From positions 1 to 35,970 of the forward strand of contig NMRA01001243.1 in the NCBI GenBank assembly GCA_002633005.1: a stretch of DNA of 35,970 bases, read 5' to 3'. The first letter of the stretch is position 1; every line of letters starts with the position of its first letter. Below the pieces are notes generated by a model that ran no database searches, was not told the DNA's origin, and worked only from the letters and a program-made list of their open reading frames with translations. Origin of the DNA: Phoronis australis. Its lineage: Eukaryota > Animalia > Phoronida. Both the position numbers and the translations under genes were made by a program. Positions 1-11,731 of the stretch are shown here, one piece after another.

Positions 1-1586
1 CTATACTCAAACCTCACGAGCAAACAGTTCATTGGACACGGTAACCAAATAGTGGAGTTGGAATTTTATGCCAGTCACCTGAATTCTCGTAGCTATGCTT
101 CATCGAAGATATGCTTAGAATCGGAAAGGATCCCTGAAGACAGTAAGCGCCTTTTAAAGTGATAGTTTTAAGTGTAGAATGTATTAAAAAAACACGGGAA
201 GAATTAGTACAGAACGCGATGGGACGTATTGTGGCGCGAATCTGAATTGCATTTCCCATAGCAGCAATGCGTGTTTGGCATTTTTCACACAAAAAGATTA
301 AAAACTGAACTAGTAAACAGAATACACTCGGCCACCGTATAGGGCAAATGGCCAAACGACAAGAAACTCGATTTATTAGGACTGAGTATAGTGAGTATTG
401 ATCCCGAGCGTACCTAACACTAGACTTTCACTCGTGAGATCTTGCGAGGTATTGCGAACCAGCTCTCGTTGATTTCGCAAGAAACTAGGCCAAAAGAAGG
501 TTCCCCTGGTATCGTGAAATAACATTTCCTACTGCAAGCTAATTTCTCCTTCAATTTTAAAAACATTTCTGTAACCTATTAGCGAAACTATTCTCCATTC
601 GAAACATATTAGTATTCGTCTACGGAGCTCCAATCATTGTTATGGGCAATGCTTTTCAATGACATTGCTATTATTATAATTGACCTACAACAAGGGAGCT
701 AAGAATATCAATTAGTGTAAGCCCAGGTTGTCGTTACTAGTCTAGTCTACTATTATACTCCCGTGTAACTGACCGTCTGTGTATCATTATTTGTTGTTGC
801 GCCCAGCAAGGTTGCCAGTTTGTTTTGCTTCTGAGGATGGTGTTTTAACAAACACCGAAACATGTCAAGCCGATTCAAATCCTTTGTTGTTCTTATCAAC
901 ACATGCTGCTTCTTGCTATCATGCAGACTCTGCACAGGAGATAAGCTCAGTAAACACTCCTAGATTGATTGTTTTCTTTGAAAAGTTAGCAACTCAGATT
1001 CAATTCAGTTCAGAAAAGTAACAAAGTTTTAGCACAGCAAGATACATTTATTTCCCATCCCGAGGTGCTTTTCTAGAATAAATGTACACAAACGAAAATT
1101 AACTTATGTAGTTTTTCGTCCAGGATTTTTCTTTGAAAAACATCCCGCTAACGTTCCGTAGACCCAATGTCCCAATGGGTCAACAAACATCTTACATTCA
1201 GCCAAAATTGAACGCGGACTTATGTCCACGCTACACGAGCAAGGAATTTTCTCATTCATTCTTTACAAATTCTTTAGTAAAGGAATAAAACTTGCTAGGG
1301 AAAACAAAACTGTTACTATGGATAGCAATCAGCCCTTTCTTTGAAAAATCAACCTAAAGCTGAATGCAGGCGTCATCTTACAATTACGCAGCACAAACGT
1401 TTTAAGGTTACGTACAGTAGAACCTTATCGACAAGTCCGACTGTGTATTTAGCAAAAAGCCTTAAGAAAGTCCTTTACCTGGTGTAGAGATAAATGCAAA
1501 CTTACTTAGATGACAGCAATCCCTTGACACCAGCGTTCTTGAAGAGCGTGTATTGGTTGTAATCTTGGCGAAACAGAAAGATAAGG
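1..1586 (+). repeat. Segmental/tandem duplication block A (paralogous to 27681-29940; intron 1 and exon 1 region of an upstream TRIM paralogue)
   Basis: Long collinear matches, e.g. 426 'ctttcactcgtgagatcttgcgaggt' vs 27786 'ctttcactcgtgagatctttcgaggt', 755 'atactcccgtgtaactgac' vs 28136, 994 'tcagattcaattcagttcag' vs 28410, 1494 'atgcaaacttac' vs 29842. Large indels: about 40-370 is present only in this copy and about 28868-29805 only in the other. Confidence 0.92.
1506..1586 (-). other. Putative non-coding first exon of the TRIM paralogue lying left of the window
   Basis: Minus-strand donor GTAAGTTTGCAT starts at 1505 and is conserved with the donor at 29853 in the duplicate. The 5' boundary is not visible and was set at the MULE TSD. 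Confidence 0.5.
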
Positions 1587-1600
1587 GGGACAATGTCAAC

Positions 1601-1642
1601 GAGCCAATCCAGATGGAAGTGACGTAGTTCACGCGCATGCGT
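1601..1642. promoter_or_regulatory. Cluster of promoter motifs in the MULE left terminus (CCAAT, ETS/CRE half-site, NRF1-like)
   Basis: agCCAATc with CCAAT at 1604-1608, GGAAGTGACGT at 1615-1625, GCGCATGCGT at 1633-1642. Motif match only. Confidence 0.4.
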
Positions 1643-1881
1643 TCTGTCAAGAGGGATTCCCTGTCTTTACTTCCTCTCGAAGTGTTATTGTTTCAGCAGA
1701 GAATTTCTCGAATTCAAAGACTGACTGTGACAGCGGCATTGGACGTATTTCGACATGGTACGTGTACTTAATTTGTTATATTTTATGCTAAGTATGATCT
1801 TAAGAGAAACCACTGCTCTTTTGACGGAGAAACTTCGCGAAGGGCGCGTTTTTAAATAGTTGAACACTATGGTTGTTACTG

Positions 1882-2088
1882 CAGCTAGTTGACATTTGCA
1901 CAATGTCAACCAGCGGAGTCAGGTAGGACCTAGCATTTGTATTTTTGTGATGATACCTGGATCAGCTAGTTGACATTTGCAAAATGTCAACCAGCGGAGT
2001 CAGGTAGGACCTAGCATTTGTATTTTTGTGATGATACCTGGATCAGCTAGTTGACATTTGCAAAATGTCAACCAGCGGAGTCTGGTAG
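1882..2088 (+). repeat. 81-bp tandem repeat, about 2.5 copies, each containing the hairpin gttgacatttgcaaaatgtcaac
   Basis: Units start at 1882, 1963 and 2044 (cagctagttgacatttgc...) and are nearly identical. Confidence 0.95.
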
Positions 2089-3075
2089 AACTAGTTGTCT
2101 GGTAATTCAGAAGTGTTTTTCAAAAATTTCAGGTCATTTGCACAGAGTTTTTTGATGGCGTTGCGCTACCCGATAGAGGACACAAGCTCGAATGAAAGAT
2201 GAAGTGAACAATACAGGTAACTACATGAAAATGTTGAATTGCCATTTGTAAGTTATTCACAGGTGCACAATTAATTGGTGACATATGTAACTGTGCAATT
2301 TTAGGGCAATTCCTAATTTAAAATAATAATTAAGTTTCATTGTCATTCTATTGTTATCAGATCATTTTTAAATATTACACATTTCATTTTTAGGATGGCC
2401 ATATTTACTCACTAGTTATGATATTGTTTCATATCTTTCAAGATATTCAATTTGTTTAAAAGTTAACATCACAAAGAGTGTAAATTCCCAGCATAGACGT
2501 CCCTGTGATGATGATCTTGTGTAAAAGGCCAAATCGATGTATTTGGATTAAAAAACAATAGATGTTGCATTGCTCTAACTTAATTTTGAGTCAATTGCAA
2601 AGTACCAATTACAGCTTAATTATTCTGAATTGATATCTTCGCCATAAGAAACACTTTAATCTTAGAAATTCAGAGCTTATGTCCATGACTCACTCAACAT
2701 CTAATTGGCTAACAAAAATATCTTAGAAGTTATCATCAAAGTACAATTCACCCATAATTAATGTTGATGTATGCATTGAAAGTGTAAGTGAGACCTAACA
2801 ATTGATGTCTTACGAATTATTTTCCTAGGAAGAAAATATTTTTCACAAAGTTGATCAAAATATTCTCTGATTATAAATCCACTGTACTTTATCAAAATGG
2901 AATTGATTTTGTCACAGCTACTAGTATGTGACTTGCATTCAATTTGTTCCTTTTGTATGCAACGCTTTCTTTACTCCATGTTACTTCTTGCAGTCTTCTT
3001 GTCTCAATGTACCCACTTGTAGCTCAGTGGAAACCGATTCTGCATTCTGGAACATAACACACATGGATGGCGCAC

Positions 3076-3185
3076 CATAGGGTGCTGGGGGGTGAGGCTG
3101 TAGCCCCCCACTTTTTTGAGTGCTCCGGCGCCCATGGTCTATGGGCGGTGTACCACAGGGGGGATGGGGGGCTGCGCCGCCCATG
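3076..3185. repeat. Short GC-rich element with ggggctg(c/t)agccccc-type motifs; probable MITE remnant
   Basis: GC island in AT-rich context with two related G-run/C-run units ending in gcccatg. Confidence 0.35.
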
Positions 3186-3424
3186 ACACATATGACAGTT
3201 TGTCTTTGATTCTGCAAACATTGACTATCATGATCTTAACTGGTTGTCTTTTATATTTTTTAACTTCAAGGTTTTGTTTTGTGGTATTATTTTAAGGATG
3301 AGTCCTCAAGCTTACTTCATAATAACATTATTTTGTTTTCTCATCAGATCACTGTCAAGCCTCAGCAGAGTTTATTCATGAAGACCATGGGCATTTTCAG
3401 TGTTGTTGCCTTACTCGAAGGGAC

Positions 3425-3530
3425 GTAAGCAGTAAGAATTTCGTCCTGATGTGCCACCACTCCGTTCATGTAGGAGGATACCCAGCCGTACCAGGCCTCT
3501 TCCCTGTGAAAGTCACAAAGAAAGATCTCT
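3425..3530 (-). pseudogene. MULE transposase exon remnant (C-terminal CxxH motif)
   Basis: Translation IFLCDFHREEAWYGWV matches the LCDFHREQAW motif of animal MULE transposases. It is preceded by an acceptor-like ttctctatgtgtgtgcag. Confidence 0.75.
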
Positions 3531-4290
3531 GCACACACATAGAGAAAGTTAACAAGTATGTTGTTCAAGGGGCTTTGCAACCCATGTTTGGTGTTACAAA
3601 TGAATTTTTTGTTCATCGACTTTTTGCTGTGAAATTAGTCTTTCACTCACCTTACTAGAGCTTTAGAAAGGATATCACAGCAAACGAGAGTGGTCTTTGA
3701 AATTGTAGTAAGACTTGTTGCAGATACGAATATTAAATCTGTGCTCTCTAACAAACATGCACATTCGCTGGCTGTAACAAGTGACATGTTTGAAAAAAGA
3801 ACATAAAAAGTAAAATTGAGACCACCCCCACCAACGCCTAGTTAGTTTTTTGGTCATTTTTAAGAGTCCAATTTAGGAAATACGAGTGCAAATTTTCAAA
3901 TATAAGTCAGATTTTAAAGGGAACTGTTTCTCCTGTATGGTGCTCTGGGTTGTCATTTCATCTGAAAAGCAACATGTAGGGTTTCTAGTAATAACAAAGT
4001 TTCAGATCTCCCAAGCTTAGTAGTTTTAACTAATAAGAATTAAAATTCTGACATTGTGAGGAAGAAGCAGCAAGTGGTTTAATTTTCAGTTTGTACCTTT
4101 GAACCTAATGGGGTTTTATGCAATGCCTAAGATTGGCGATGAAATCTATATATCGTATACGGAGAACAGCAGTGTGTTGTGACCAAGCTGTTTAACAGAA
4201 AATGTTGAATGCTATTGGCATTAAATTGAGGCTCTTGCAAAACATTTACCAGTTCAGTAATGTCATTACTACTGTGTAAAGTAAGTAAGT

Positions 4291-4595
4291 ACCTGAAAAC
4301 ACATTTACACAGTTTTAATTGCTGGAGTTTCTATTTCAGATGCATCAACCACAAAACATCTTGGATTCCATTCTTCATTGTGCTGTCTCAGGACCGATAG
4401 AGCCTTCTGCAATGATGCCATGTTTTCATTTTCGAGTACCAGCCACCACTTCATATACAGCATTGTCATGACACATACTAAAAACAGAGGATGGACATAC
4501 AAAGTAGTCTGGTGTCTATAATAGAATTATTGAAATGTAGTAGGGTGTATAATTCGTAAGTCTTCTTTATTGATGACGTTTGCCATTTGGTGTGC
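4291..4595 (-). pseudogene. MULE transposase core-domain remnant
   Basis: YVHPLFLVCVMT...VLENENMASLQKALSVLRQHNEEWNPRCFVVDASEIETPAIKTV resembles the MULE DDE domain (YxLPLF...WxPxxFxxDxSxxExxAI). It has frameshifts and stops and ends at donor-like cag/gtactt. Confidence 0.8.
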
Positions 4596-4599
4596 TTAA

Positions 4600-4970
4600 A
4601 GGTTATGTAGTACTTTATCGACAAGTCTGTACATTAAGTCAACTATTTACAAAACTGTAGAATTTTACTTTGTGTTGTATAACATAATGTTCAAGATAAA
4701 TCTCAAAAATGCTGTTACAATTTGCTAAATTACCGTCTCATTTTTGTTTTATGCACTGTGAAAAATTCATGAAATTTATCCCATTCCTACTTTCTGGCAG
4801 GCCCTCACGCAAATGTGGAACATTTTAAAAAAAAACATTTCTAACGGCATGTTGGGGATTAGTTTATAAAGTGTATTCTGTGAAAGTTTCACGTGAACCC
4901 AATCAGCATCTTGTAAGATGTCCCAAAGATGGACAAAATTGGACATTTTGATAGGGTCCTACGTAATCAA
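4600..4970. mobile_element. Probable TTAA-AGG type (Kolobok-like) MITE nested in the MULE
   Basis: Starts TTAA|aggttatgtag (4596-4610), with an imperfect inverted end ctacgtaatc at 4959-4968. The left end resembles 1402-1437 and 28816-28850. It abuts the transposase remnant. Confidence 0.45.
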
Positions 4971-5095
4971 AATGCTTTATGATTGTTACGTATTAAGCAT
5001 CATTAACATTACTTCTGACAATTATGTCTTGCAGTGCTTGATTTAGTGAACTACAGATTGTGTTTGGTCACCTGGGAAAAATCCCAAGTCGCCAT

Positions 5096-5125
5096 NNNNN
5101 NNNNNNNNNNNNNNNNNNNNNNNNN
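5096..5125. other. Assembly gap (30 N)
   Basis: Run of n. Confidence 0.99.
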
Positions 5126-5570
5126 GTTTCTGTTGACTCCCAAATTTTAAGTTACAAACGGTTGTCTTAGATTTGATACCTTTGTTTACAATTGTTTTGT
5201 TTATTTCTTGAAATCGGTGCATTTGCCACCACAGCAGTTAGCACTTGTCTAACTTGCATTAAAATTACATCAGGAAGTACACAGGTTGAACTAGCGCCTA
5301 CAGTGTATATGATCACCTACATTCTGGGTATGCGACGTAAGTTCCCAAGAACGGAGTATAGCATAACCTTTTTAGCCAACTATTCTGATGTCAAACATCA
5401 GTTGTGGACGACGTCAGATTTCCTTTGGTGACCTGGGATTTTCAGCAAGTAGCCAAATGCGACTTGGCTTCAAGCTAAGTGTTGAGCATCGTCCTACAAT
5501 GCCAGCAATATCCCAAGATTGTTTAAGTGTGATCATTTTTGCAAACCTAAGAAACTCATGGTTCTTTAAT

Positions 5571-5957
5571 GAGAATATTTTGAAAGTGATTAGCAGCAGG
5601 AGACGCTCCTGCAATTGATATTTTTATTACCTTGTCCATGACATGAGCTGAATGTTACTCTGATATTGGCAGATCACCAAATATGCATTTTTCAACACAT
5701 AGTTGCTCCTAGTTAGGAAACATCAAGTCGTTGTGAAGTGCCTCTGATATCTTTTCTCTGTGANGAGAATATTTTGAAAGTGATTAGCAGCAGGAGACGC
5801 TCCTGCAATTGATATTTTTATTACCTTGTCCATGACATGACCTGAATGTTACTCTGATATTGGCAGATCACCAAATATGTATTTTTCAACACATAGTTGC
5901 TCCTAGTTAGGAAACATCAAGTCGTTGTGAAGTGCCTCTGATATCTTTTCTCTGTGA
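5571..5957 (+). repeat. 193-bp direct duplication separated by a single N; likely an assembly artefact (overlapping contig ends)
   Basis: 5571-5763 is repeated at 5765-5957 with two substitutions seen, with n at 5764. Confidence 0.85.
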
Positions 5958-7481
5958 TATAATAAGCATTGTGGTTGAGATGGTAGTTGGATAAAAGAGG
6001 ACTATGGAAAATGTAGGTAGTGAATCTGTTGCACCATTAGCATAACCAGGTATGACATCAAGTTAAAATCAGAAACCTCAGACTAGAGCAAACCAAGTTT
6101 GTACACACAATGCATATTCTTAAAAAACATTCATTTTGGTTTGTGTTTTTAGAGTATGTCTCATACTGAATGCTATGAACTTTCACAATTTTGGCACGTG
6201 TTTAAACTGCCCTGTGGCTGAATGAAATTCAGTGTTTGGTCATTAAGGCTAACTTCATTTAATGTAGTACTTAGAAATGTGTGATTTGACTTGACATTAC
6301 CTAATTAACACTAAATAGGACTTTAATTATACTTGGTTGCTATGCTCATCTTGTACCCTGGAAAAGCAACAACTTCTTGCATGCATATGGATTCTTCACA
6401 TCCTCGTTTTTTTCCATCCAGTGACTTGCTTGGTCTGTACATTTTGTCTGTATGGTTGGTCAGTCTGTAATACCTGTAGAATGAGCTCTAGATTAGTGAT
6501 GGAGAAACAAGTAAGAATATCAAACTAATCATGATGCATTTGAATCTAGCTTTAACAACATGATTGTACTTCAGCGTCATCCCCTACTTCACTTAAAATG
6601 TATGTATTAACACTACCAAAGAATAATTGCATGTATTCCAACTCACCTTCACGAGTTCATATAGGCCAAATTTCCAATTGCTCTTTGACAGCCGTGTAGT
6701 TGACTGACATCTCCACTTCAAAATCTTTTACTGGGTTTGATGCTGCCTTATAATTTTCTACAAAGCCATAGATACCCCAGTGTTTTTTGAAATACTTCAC
6801 CCACTCTTTGTTTCTGTGGAGACACTCCGACAAATGCTCATATTTTCTTTGCTTCCCTGTGCGGTATGTGGGGAGAGCAGAGGGACCCACTTTTCCAGAC
6901 ACTAAAAAAATCTGACTATGTTTACAAAAAATATTCAGATCTTCAGTTTTTTTCTAAGTGGATGTAAATTGGAGCTCAACCTAAATGAAAATAAGGTTTT
7001 ATTCGAAGTAGTTTCAAAATTCCGTTTTAATATTAAATCTCTGTGTTACTCCGTGTGAGTAAACTCTTTGTGTGAGTAGATAAATTGTATACATGTGAAA
7101 TTATTTATTGTGAATGAAAATGATTTATTTAAATTCATTACCATGATGTCATTGTAATCTTAACATTTTATTCATGTATTTGTGTATATTTTTATATATC
7201 TTTATATATAAGCCTGTTGGCACTTTCTGTGACAATTTCACAATAAACATTAAAAAATTGTTTTTCTGCAGTTTCATCTCCGCAATCCATTGCACAAATA
7301 AGTCTTAACGTCCAGCTGATCGAATTTTGGTAGCCGCGCGCTTTTGTCTTTCGTATCTTCTTTGTAGAAGAGTGTCTGGGAATCCCTGCACTCCAAAAAT
7401 AGAATCATGATTTTCGACAACAGATGTCCTTGCTGCATACCTGGATTGGCTCGTTGACATTGTCCCGCTCCCAAGATAAGG

Positions 7482-7748
7482 GCCGCTTTTTATAAACGCT
7501 CGTCACTCCAGGTGGCGAACTTTAGTGACGTCACGTGTGCTGCCTGTACCGTAAAATCTCGCATACCAGTATAAGCTCTGGGATAAGGAAGAAGTACTAA
7601 TGCTTTCAGTCGAATCGAATGGCAATCACTTTGACTACAGTTGTATCATTGCTGTAATTCGGGTTATAGGAACAGAAGAAGTTGATAAGAAATGTGGCTT
7701 GTGAGACAAGACCCCCGCGAATTCGTAAGAAAAGAATTGCGTTAAGGA
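7482..7748 (+). repeat. Duplication block B (paralogous to 29940-30176); displaced ancestral promoter with a CRE palindrome
   Basis: tgcctgtaccgtaaaatctcgcataccagtataagctctgggataaggaagaag is identical in both copies. GTGACGTCAC at 7525-7534. Confidence 0.9.
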
Positions 7749-7951
7749 TATCTCAAACCTTATTCAGGAAAATTGGAAAATTGGCTATTTTTACAAATTA
7801 ATATTTCACACATGTCTAGCAAAATACCTTGTCTTCATTCTCGGGAAACTTCGTGTATACCGTGTAGCGAGAAAAAAATAGATTTGGATTTGGTTATTGT
7901 GAATTGACTTGGCTGATAAAAGGTGTTTGTGACAATTCAGTTCGTTACGCA

Positions 7952-8748
7952 CACAGGCGCTTGGGTTTATCGCAAATGACGTCACTCAATAATATATATA
8001 TAAGAAAACATAAAGGTTGGACACTTAAATTTTGCCAAGCCGAGGCTCCCAACTTCAACCGTCCAAAATCCAAATAAAATCTACGTGCACCTCCCTCTGA
8101 CGGCTCATTTTAGCCCTTAACTTAGAATTTTATTGCATAAACTGGCGTATCTTGTTTCTCATCTTTTTTGATTGAAGCACAACACACACTCGGCCAGGAA
8201 ACGCAGTCCGTGCAAGTATTACAATGCACGTGGCCGACGAGTTAACTCAATGGTTTTGGCCAAAAGTAAAACCTTCATAAGAAATCACAGTACGCAAAAA
8301 CTTCGCATATCAATACAGTATCAAGATAATTTATATTTGACACAAATATGTGAGTAATTACATTCATTTGGCAATAAAGTGCTCTCTGCTTCTCCTGATC
8401 AAGTAGTCGAGGGATTGATGATGAAAGCTTTCGGATTCAGCTCGCGAGAGTCCTTCAAAAACCCGGATGTGCGAAGACCGTCTGCCATGACATCACGGAA
8501 TCACGTCCTTGAATTTGTGATTTTGGCATTCTTTTGTCATTTTTGTCGCCAAATCACCACTCGACGGCAATTTGAAGAGATCGAATGAAAGAAAGTATTC
8601 TAAGAGTTGTCAGATGCTAGTTTCGTGGAGTTCCATGCAGATTTGAGTAGAAAATTCTGAGCAAACAGATTTCGAGTGTCCAACCTTTATGTTTTCTTAT
8701 ATATATATTATTGAGTGACGTCATTTGCGATAAACCCAAGCGCCTGTG
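7952..8748. mobile_element. Non-autonomous TIR element (MITE), 797 bp; hAT or P-like by TSD length
   Basis: Perfect 74-bp TIRs (7952-8025 / 8675-8748) starting CACAGGCG. Flanking 8-mers gttacgca / attacgca differ by one base. No coding capacity. Confidence 0.93.
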
Positions 8749-10401
8749 ATTACGCACTGCAAATTCAGATGACATTGCGCTTGAATGATGGAATAATGAA
8801 CGTGGTTAAGGGATGTATACCTTACATTGACCAAAAATATGTTTTCACCAAGTAAATAACCTAAGTCCTTGAGATTTTCACGTCTCGCCAGATAATCGGC
8901 TTTTCTCGGCTTCAACAAACTGACTTGGTTTGAACTCAGGAACGCGAGTTCTCGAAAACGGCTTTATGGATTTGGCTGTAACTTTCCAAATTTAATATTT
9001 ATTATCAATAACAACCCCCCCCCATTTTCCAGATATTTATTATCATTGATCAACAAGTACAAAAACAAACAAGCAAGTAAATCCATTCATTCACGCACTC
9101 ACACCTCAGGAGAGACTATTCTCGTATAAACATCTCCTATATGTACATGTACATGGAGTTAGCGTGAACAATAAAATTTCCCACTTCCCAGAGAAGGTGT
9201 CAGACACAAATCTTTTATACGCAATTAATTGTTCAGCATTATAGTAAGTAACAAACTTGTGAATATTAGGTATATTTTGGTGACACCTCTCCTTGTGAAT
9301 TTACTGTCTGACTTGTAGTAGCAAAAGGATCAATAGGAAACCATGCGTCTCATAAAGTCCAAGAATAACACGTTCGTAAGAGAGACAGTTGGGAGCTGAA
9401 TGAGACACTTTTGAATAGGGCTAATTCCCAAAAATGTGTGACAGCGTCTCTGGATCTAAAGAAATATTAATTAAATCCCGAACTTGGATTTTGACTAAAA
9501 ATATTTGTTGCAATAATCCTGTGTAGTATTCTAAAGTGGAACCATACATTTTCTTCCAATCCAACTCTATTTACACTCTGATTTAGAAGGTTTCTTAATG
9601 TCGTTAAAGATAGAACAAATATGTCAAAAACCCTTCAAATCTTTCCATAGGTGAGTAATTGCTAAAAGCATGCAACAAGAATAGACATTAACACTTTTGA
9701 AATTACTTTGAAATGGGCTTTTTGCAACGTTCTTAGAATTGAAACAACACCATTATACTCTACATAGTTGGTTTTTACATCAAACACATTTATCATATTG
9801 TCTAATCTAACGAAATCGCCACCAGAGGTATGGTATACATATTTCTGATAACTTTTAAGCCTTTTACAAACCAAGACTTGTAAAAAACACTTCTGCCTCC
9901 GATCCCAATGTACTACTAAATTACAAAGGTTGATTAAAAAAGTCCTCTTTACTTACAACTGTTATTTTCATATAGCAAGATGTCATGCTTGCAAATACCT
10001 GGCGGCAGTAGAAATTATCAATTAGAGGTCTTCTCCAAATGAAACAAAATTCTTTAAGAACCGGTAGAGTGATAATAATAACTGATCAATTTTAGACGCA
10101 GGGCTTTCAATATATCTACGGGCCATGGCGAGTTTTAAAGCTATACAGAAAGTATGTATATTAACCATTTTAAGTCCCCCTTGGTGTAATCCTAAACAGG
10201 CCGTTTTTCATTTAATTTTGTCATTATGAGCCTGCCATACAAATTTAGAGAATACCGTATTCAATTTATCCAAGACTTTTACTGGTGGATTTTGTAAACC
10301 TTACAACAAAACATTAATTTTAGAAATACCTAATTTAATTACAATTACTCCACCGAATGGCGTTAAATTTTGTCGACTCCAACTTTCTAATAAAAACTTA
10401 A

Positions 10402-11731
10402 AGGCGAAGGCAACCTTTTTTCATGTCATTTTTAGAAAAATAAGGTTCGTTGATTATCCCAGACACATTTTTCACTTATTTACTGCTTTTCGTAATTCAA
10501 CTGATTACTCGTCCTCTACTCCGGAAGTGAAGTTTTGGGAGGCAAGAGTTTCGCGCCAATTTCTTTTCTATTAGTCTGACTGTGAGAGCTGTCGAGTCAA
10601 TCATTGTTCTACCTCGGTTGTGATAAGTTCGGTCGTCGTTTGCTTTTGCTTACGAGCCAGTCAACATGCCACGCTGTTGCTGCGTGCCGTGGTGTACTCA
10701 TTATCGTCTCACGTACAGAGGAAGAACTGTCCCACTTGCCCGAGTGTCTCGCGACACACTCCCACTGGAGGGTGATCTGAGCACACAAACTGCTTACATC
10801 CCGCCGTGTGACTCCCTCACCATATACCTGGTACCTTCCAAATAGCTCCAATACAGGTCCACAATAAACTTATCAAACTTAAGGTCACCGATCTTTTCAT
10901 TGGATGACGAATTGTCCTCTTCACTGGGTGTCGAACTGGACCTGTATTCACTCCCACTACTCAACATCGCTGCAGAGTTGCTTACAGGCTCTGGGCTAGA
11001 GACAAAAGAACATAGCGAATCAATGCTAGTTCCCGGACTTGCACGCAATGGGGTACGTAAGGAGGCACGGGTGACAGTAGAGGAAGTGCCTCCAGTCAAT
11101 GTATATAGTGGCCACAGCTCGATAGTCTTCTCGCTTCAAAAACGCACTTCTCGGGGTTGGCGACGGGGCACTGCCGGGAATCAACAGTGACGGTATGGTA
11201 CCCTTCTTCAGGCGTTGTTTTGCAGGGACCTTCATCAATCCAGCGTACATATCTGTCATAATCTGACGACAGAAAATGCTTGCCCCACACTCGGTAACCC
11301 TCCATTGCTTTCTACGTTGCCTGGACGGGTAGCGCTGCGTTCTTCACATGAACGAGCTAGCCAAGTATGTCGAAGTGTGTCATCTTTCGGAAAGCGACGC
11401 AAGGTACTCAAAGCGCGTGTGAGACGATAATGAATACATCCCGGCACGCAGCAACAGCGTGGCATGTTGACTGACTTGTAAACAAAAGCAAACGACGACC
11501 GAACTTATCACAAACGAGGTAGAACAATGATTGACTCGACAGCTCTCACAGTTAGACTATAATGAAAAGAAATTGGCGCGAAACTCTTGCCTCCCAAAAC
11601 GTCACTTCCGGAGTAGAGGACGAGAAATTAATCAAATTACGAAAAGCTGTAATTAAATGAAAAATGTGTCTGGGATAATCAACGAACCTTATTTTTGCTA
11701 AAAGTGACATGAAAAAAGGTTGCCTTCGCCT
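10402..11731 (-). mobile_element. Kolobok-type DNA transposon derivative with ~310-bp inverted arms
   Basis: TTAA|AGGCGAAGGC...GCCTTCGCCT|TTAG (TTAA TSD with one mismatch, AGG/CCT ends). Arms at 10402-10712 and 11419-11731. Internal THAP and transposase N-terminal remnant. Confidence 0.88.
10713..11465 (-). pseudogene. Frameshifted THAP-domain / Kolobok transposase N-terminus
   Basis: Stitched across frames: MPRCCCVPGC...RRFPKDDTLRHTW...RVWGKHF...RLKKGTIPSL (THAP C2CH and AVPT-box equivalents), a Ser/acidic linker, then KFIV...ELF...LQWECVARHSGKWDSS, like the region preceding the Kolobok catalytic core. The catalytic part is missing. Confidence 0.82.

Larger units (their letters stand above)
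1587..7472 (-). mobile_element. Degenerate MULE/Mutator DNA transposon, about 5.9 kb
   Basis: 26-bp perfect inverted repeat gggacaatgtcaacgagccaatccag (1587-1612 / 7441-7466; the right end has 6 extra nt, gctccc). 9-bp direct repeat aagataagg at 1578-1586 and 7473-7481. Internal MULE transposase remnants. Empty site in the duplicate near 29935-29941. Confidence 0.88.

Noticed and set aside
1882-2088. CRISPR-like array of palindromic repeats
   Set aside because: The sequences between palindromes are identical rather than unique spacers, the context is eukaryotic, and there are no cas genes.
5571-5957. Apparent 193-bp tandem duplication
   Set aside because: The copies are separated by a single N and differ at only two positions seen, which is typical of unmerged haplotype or contig overlap.
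11256-11465. Functional host THAP-domain gene
   Set aside because: The domain is split over several frames, the third zinc-ligand Cys reads as Trp, and it lies within a TIR/TSD-bounded transposon.
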